Assembly (NCBI GenBank): GCA_040755315.1
Contig: JBFMBF010000011.1
Coordinates: 1 to 40,137 of the forward strand
From: Candidatus Hadarchaeota archaeon
GTDB taxonomy: Archaea; Hadarchaeota; Hadarchaeia; Hadarchaeales; Hadarchaeaceae
Length of the DNA: 40,137 nucleotides
Direction: 5' to 3'
Shown: piece after piece, positions 36,473 through 40,137 of the stretch
Layout: each line of letters begins with the position of its first letter
Position numbering within the stretch: position 1 is the stretch's first letter
Notes under the pieces: model-generated
The model's database searches: none
What the model was told of the DNA's origin: nothing
Seen by the model: only the letters and a program-made list of their open reading frames with translations
Made by a program: the position numbers and the translations under genes

Positions 36473-37390
36473 GTGGAGATGAAAATGATGCAGGGACTTT
36501 CAGTAGCGGTTTTGGGCCCAAGGGGCACCAACACAGAGGAAGTAGCCAAAAAACACTGGAAACGCGCAAGACTCGTATTTGCAAAAGACCTGCCGGAAAT
36601 ATTTGAAAAAGTTGAAGAAGGAAAAACAACTTATGGCGTTATTCCGGTAGAGGACTCTGTAGAAGGTGATGTTACATTGTCATTTGACCTCCTTAGAAGT
36701 CACGATTTGAATATTGTGAAAGAACTTCATCTTCCAGTAACACACTGTCTCGCCGCGAGAGGGGGAAAAGACAAGATTAAAGTTATCGCTTCACACCCCC
36801 AAGCTCTGGCGCACTGTAGAGTATACTTGAAAGAAAATTTCCCAAACGTTGAACAAAGACAAGTTACAAGCACGGGGGAGGCGGCAAAACAGGCGGCAAA
36901 AGATGCAACTACTGGGGCAATCGCTAGTGAGCGGGCGGCTAAAATCTATAAGCTAAATGTAATAAGCAGAGAAGTGCATGACCGCGGAAGCAACACAACT
37001 AGGTTCTTTGTCATTAGTAGGAAACCTGTGAGACCAAAAAATTCCGCTAAAACATCAATAATAGTTGATATTCCAAAGGATTATCCTGGCGCGCTTTATC
37101 AAATTCTAGCAGAGTTTGCGAATCGTGGCATTAACCTTACAAAGATACTTTCTCGCCCAGCTAGAGGCGTGTTAGGTGAGTATATTTTTTATGTTGACTT
37201 TGAAGGAAGCACCAAAGACTCCAAGGTGAAAAAAGCGCTGAAATCCATTGAGCAAAAAGCGGCGGTCAGAATATTAGGTTCTTATTCTTACCCCACGCGG
37301 GTAATCGCTCTCAGACCTACTTTAAAGTCTCAGGTTTCTAACGTGGAAGTTAATTTGATGAGTTCATCTTCAAATTTGAAGGGATGCTAA
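36473..37390 (+). CDS. pheA: Prephenate dehydratase with ACT domain (AT-rich, probably xenologous)
   Basis: LGPRGT, PVEDSVEG, SHPQAL, NTTRF, PGALY, INLTKILSRP, Y.FYVDFEG, LGSY; about 30-aa C-terminal extension. Confidence 0.92.
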   Translation: MEMKMMQGLSVAVLGPRGTNTEEVAKKHWKRARLVFAKDLPEIFEKVEEGKTTYGVIPVEDSVEGDVTLSFDLLRSHDLNIVKELHLPVTHCLAARGGKDKIKVIASHPQALAHCRVYLKENFPNVEQRQVTSTGEAAKQAAKDATTGAIASERAAKIYKLNVISREVHDRGSNTTRFFVISRKPVRPKNSAKTSIIVDIPKDYPGALYQILAEFANRGINLTKILSRPARGVLGEYIFYVDFEGSTKDSKVKKALKSIEQKAAVRILGSYSYPTRVIALRPTLKSQVSNVEVNLMSSSSNLKGC

Positions 37391-37416
37391 AAGGGATAAC
37401 CACAGGTGAAGTAAAA

Positions 37417-37785
37417 ATGCCTGAAAGGGTGATTTTTAGGCGGGGAGATATTGTCAAGATAACGTTGCCAGGTAAACTTAAAAAAGGTGCAAACCCGCTA
37501 GCAGCGCTAGTAGTTTCTTCGGATTGGTACAATGATTATCGAGAGGACGTAATAACTCTTGAAATACGCTGTACAAATCTTGGACCTGAGAGAGATGATT
37601 ACGAACTCGATACAAAAGACTTGAGATTTGGAAAATTACCTGAACACTCACTCGTCAAGTTAGGAAAAGTTATGACTGTTCCTAAAAGGTTTGTCGCCAA
37701 AACGGAAAGAAGGCTCCCTGATGAAACTGTTAGAAAAATTATTCAAAAGTTTTCCCGTGAAATTCTAGCAGAGTTAGTGGTCTAA
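37417..37785 (+). CDS. PemK/MazF-fold protein with substituted catalytic residues
   Basis: RRGDIV, ALVVS..YN, G.LP..S.V.L.KV.TV; AGGTGA SD before ATG 37417. Confidence 0.8.
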   Translation: MPERVIFRRGDIVKITLPGKLKKGANPLAALVVSSDWYNDYREDVITLEIRCTNLGPERDDYELDTKDLRFGKLPEHSLVKLGKVMTVPKRFVAKTERRLPDETVRKIIQKFSREILAELVV

Positions 37786-37911
37786 GCTTAGGCGAACTGA
37801 TTGTTCAGAAAAAGAAGGTAACCCACAAGCTCTGCTCGCCGCCAATCCAGTCATTGTGATTATTCGTTCTCAAGCCTTTTTAAATTAACGCAGTTATAAT
37901 AATTTGATAGT

Positions 37912-38355
37912 ATGGCAAACTCCACAGACGAAATTACCAAAATTTTATTGGGCGCCCCTCAAGAAAATAGGAAAAACAGGAAACCTGTTCGTAAAGCCAT
38001 TGAAAGAGAAGTTCTGGCTAGAGCTGGACACAAGTGTCAAAGTTGTAAAAGACCATTGGGTGCGGTGTGGAATATACACCACAAAGACGGGAACCGCAAC
38101 AATGACCGCCTTAGTAACCTCAAAGTTCTTTGCCCGACATGTCACGCTGAAATACACCACAAAATAAGAGTTAGCGCACGAAAAATTAGGAAAAGCGCCA
38201 CACAGATGGGCGTACTTTCCGGAACGCCGTCATCATTTTCCAAACCAACTTCAAGTCCGTTCACATTCGGCTCGCCAAGAGGACAGGTTAAAAGTCCATT
38301 CGACCTCGGCTATAGGCGCAAGAAGCGTAAGCGGGTCAGCATATTCGGCGAGTGA
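37912..38355 (+). CDS. HNH endonuclease with basic low-complexity tail
   Basis: CQSC...IHHKDGNRNNDRLSNLKVLCPTCHAEIH. Confidence 0.9.
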   Translation: MANSTDEITKILLGAPQENRKNRKPVRKAIEREVLARAGHKCQSCKRPLGAVWNIHHKDGNRNNDRLSNLKVLCPTCHAEIHHKIRVSARKIRKSATQMGVLSGTPSSFSKPTSSPFTFGSPRGQVKSPFDLGYRRKKRKRVSIFGE

Positions 38356-38460
38356 TTTTCCGGCCACCAATATTCAAACTCTTACCGTGGCTGCCACACG
38401 CTTGTAGACTATCCTGCCCGGCCGTTATTTGGATAACTGCGATTTTTCAACTTCGTATTT

Positions 38461-38592
38461 TTACCATTCTACTCTGTGTCTTCTTTTTGGTCTTCTTCTC
38501 GCACCAAACACTACAGTTTCGCCTGACGACGTTTCAAAACTAACAGGCTGCTTGGTCAATGTTTTTTTCCTTCTTGCAAGGAAAGATGGCAT
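38461..38592 (-). CDS. 43-aa basic microprotein MPSFLARRKKTLTKQPVSFETSSGETVVFGARRRPKRRHRVEW
   Basis: Below the ORF-track cutoff; GGTGAT SD 4 nt before the ATG; AT-rich promoter-like tract upstream. Confidence 0.6.
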   Translation of the reverse strand: MPSFLARRKKTLTKQPVSFETSSGETVVFGARRRPKRRHRVEW

Positions 38593-38699
38593 GCTCATCA
38601 CCAATTATATTGGTTTGTTTTAACTAAAAAACTATGCTGACAGGCTTTCAACATCTGGTTGATTTATACACTTATTAAAAATTGTTTTTTGCTTCATCG

Positions 38700-38894
38700 G
38701 CACAGGGTCCACGCAGACGCCGGCGGCTATCGTCTGGCCGCTGTGTCTCACGGCCGCCGCTCTCTCGATGCGGTGCTTTCAACCGGGGGCCCAAGCCGTG
38801 GATTATATTTTCAAGGGTCCCGCGGGAATTATCGGAGATAAAGCCTTATGTAAAGCTTACAAGAAGCTGTATGAAGAGTTTGAGGGTGAGATAA
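38700..38894 (+). pseudogene. Decayed duplicate of the tyrA 3' end
   Basis: attatcggagataaagccttatgtaaagcttacaagaagctgtatgaagagtttgagggtg matches tyrA 36329-36389; similarity fades upstream with indels. Confidence 0.8.
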
Positions 38895-38895
38895 C

Positions 38896-39136
38896 ATGAA
38901 AGTCGCGGTGCTCGATTCACAAGGAACATATTCAGAACTGGCGGCCAATAAGCAATACGGCGCGGGCGTGCGGCTGGTTTACTTCCCGCCCGTCCAAGAA
39001 GGCCCTCGGCGACTATCTGTTTTTCATAAACCTGGAGGGGCACAGAGCGGATCCCAAGGTGAAGGAAGCACTGAATGCCTTGAAAGACAAAACCGCGATG
39101 CTGAAAATAATCGGCTCTTACCGGAAGAAGTTCTAG
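38896..39136 (+). pseudogene. pheA: Native pheA remnant with a large internal deletion and frameshift
   Basis: MKVAVLDSQGTYSELAA...RLVYF is joined out of frame near 38984 to SRPSKKALGDYLFFINLEGHRADPKVKEALNALKDKTAMLKIIGSYRKKF*. Confidence 0.88.
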
Positions 39137-39145
39137 GTGGCGCCC

Positions 39146-39943
39146 ATGGGTGAAGCACTTGAAAAGATAACGGCGAAGCTGAAAATAGACCCACATTCCG
39201 AGGAGAAGAAGATTGTCTCCTTCATAAAGCAAAGAGTGGAGGGGAGCGCCGCCAGCGGGGTTGTGGTCGGACTGAGCGGAGGGATAGATTCATCGGTGGT
39301 CGCGTCCCTCTGCGCAAAGGCCATCGGGGGGAAAAAGGTCTTGGGTCTTGCCATGTCGGAAACTGGAGTCACAAGCGTGCAGGATGTGCATGACGCCATT
39401 TCAGTGTCGGAGATTTTGGGCATAGAGTTCAAGCTGATGAACATAACTCCCCTCATCCGCCAGTTCCACACGACCTTGAAGGATTTCAAGCTTAAAGGCC
39501 TCCCGAGCGCCAACCTCAAGCCAAGGGTGAGGATGACGGTTCTTTACTACCACGCGAACCTCCTCAACAGGCTTGTGGCGGCCACGGGGAACAGGAGCGA
39601 GCTCAGGGCAGGGTACTTCACGAAGTTTGGCGACGGCGCGGGAGACATGCTACCGATAGGCGGCCTTTACAAGACCCAGGTCAGACAGCTTGCCAAACAC
39701 CTAGGGCTGCCGAAGAAGGTGGTGGAAAAGGTCCCCACTGCCGGCCTCTGGCCCGGCCAGACCGACGAGGGGGAACTCGGGATAACTTATGAAAAGCTTG
39801 ACATGGTCTACGCGGGACTTGACCTAGAGATGAAGCCGACCGAGATAGCGGAGGCGGTTGGTGTGGATGAAGCCAAGGTGAAGGAACTCATCGCCAGGGA
39901 GAAAAGGTCCTTCCACAAGCTTTCTCCGCCGCCCATTCCTTAG
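39146..39943 (+). CDS. nadE: NH3-dependent NAD+ synthetase
   Basis: GLSGGIDSS, NLKPRVRM, TGNRSE..GYFTKFGDG, YKTQV, PTAGLW.GQTDE. Confidence 0.96.
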   Translation: MGEALEKITAKLKIDPHSEEKKIVSFIKQRVEGSAASGVVVGLSGGIDSSVVASLCAKAIGGKKVLGLAMSETGVTSVQDVHDAISVSEILGIEFKLMNITPLIRQFHTTLKDFKLKGLPSANLKPRVRMTVLYYHANLLNRLVAATGNRSELRAGYFTKFGDGAGDMLPIGGLYKTQVRQLAKHLGLPKKVVEKVPTAGLWPGQTDEGELGITYEKLDMVYAGLDLEMKPTEIAEAVGVDEAKVKELIAREKRSFHKLSPPPIP

Positions 39944-40137
39944 CCGCGGTCACTTCGCTGGCGAATTTAAAGGGATATCTCTAAAATGGATATAGGACAG
40001 TAAAAATTTAGGTTCTGTTAATTTAACTATACTACCATCGTTTGCTCGCTATTGACCACAAAGCTGAATATCAGTTTTCAACACAAAAACAAATTTTTTA
40101 CGGGAAGGCCTTGTACCAGAACTCAACGCCAACATGT

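Larger units (their letters stand above)
36396..38690. mobile_element. AT-rich islet (pheA, PemK-like, HNH, microprotein) between duplicated tyrA-end/pheA-start junctions
   Basis: Visible drop in GC and a shift to A/T-ending codons; the flanks are two diverged copies of ...aagcttacaagaag.tgta..aagagtttgagggtg..ataa.atgaaag; no integrase present. Confidence 0.7.

Noticed and set aside
37320..37420. Possible -1 frameshift fusing PheA to the PemK-like ORF (A-AAT-TTG near 37372)
   Set aside because: The -1 frame is open there, but the heptamer is weak, no stimulatory structure is evident and the PemK-like gene has its own AGGTGA SD.
39944..40137. AT-rich window end as a possible further island
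   Set aside because: Too little sequence; no ORF or repeat to support a call.

Overview
Archaeal chromosomal segment, moderately GC-rich. Evidence for Archaea: RFC-L, NAC, a TFS-like protein, AglB-like GT-C, the ADH-synthase/DHQS-II shikimate route, BHB-intron tRNAs, a type A RNase P RNA, TATA/BRE promoters and GGTGA-type SD motifs. A Hadarchaeota-like euryarchaeal lineage is a guess only. Most of the window is housekeeping: mre11 (partial), rfcL, hisS, proS, nfo, inositol-lipid genes, sod, mpg, pabB/pabC, nac, mtnP, uppS, aroA'-aroB'-aroD-aroE-tyrA-pheA and nadE. Notable features not shown by the ORF track: (1) a tRNA-shaped RNA at 17511-17604 whose anticodon arm is replaced by a 35-nt bulged helix, preceded by a covarying partial copy and followed by an unannotated Zn-ribbon microprotein; (2) a RelBE-type module bracketed by a 41-bp duplication of the 5' end of the RNase P RNA gene; (3) an AT-rich islet carrying a replacement pheA, a PemK/MazF-fold protein lacking catalytic residues and an HNH nuclease, with the native pheA left as a deleted pseudogene; (4) a two-intron tRNA-Leu with an att-like scar; (5) several microproteins, a DPM2-like protein beside an AglB with a degenerate WWDYG motif, and a TFS paralogue lacking its catalytic ribbon. 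All calls come from motif recognition by eye; no searches were run.
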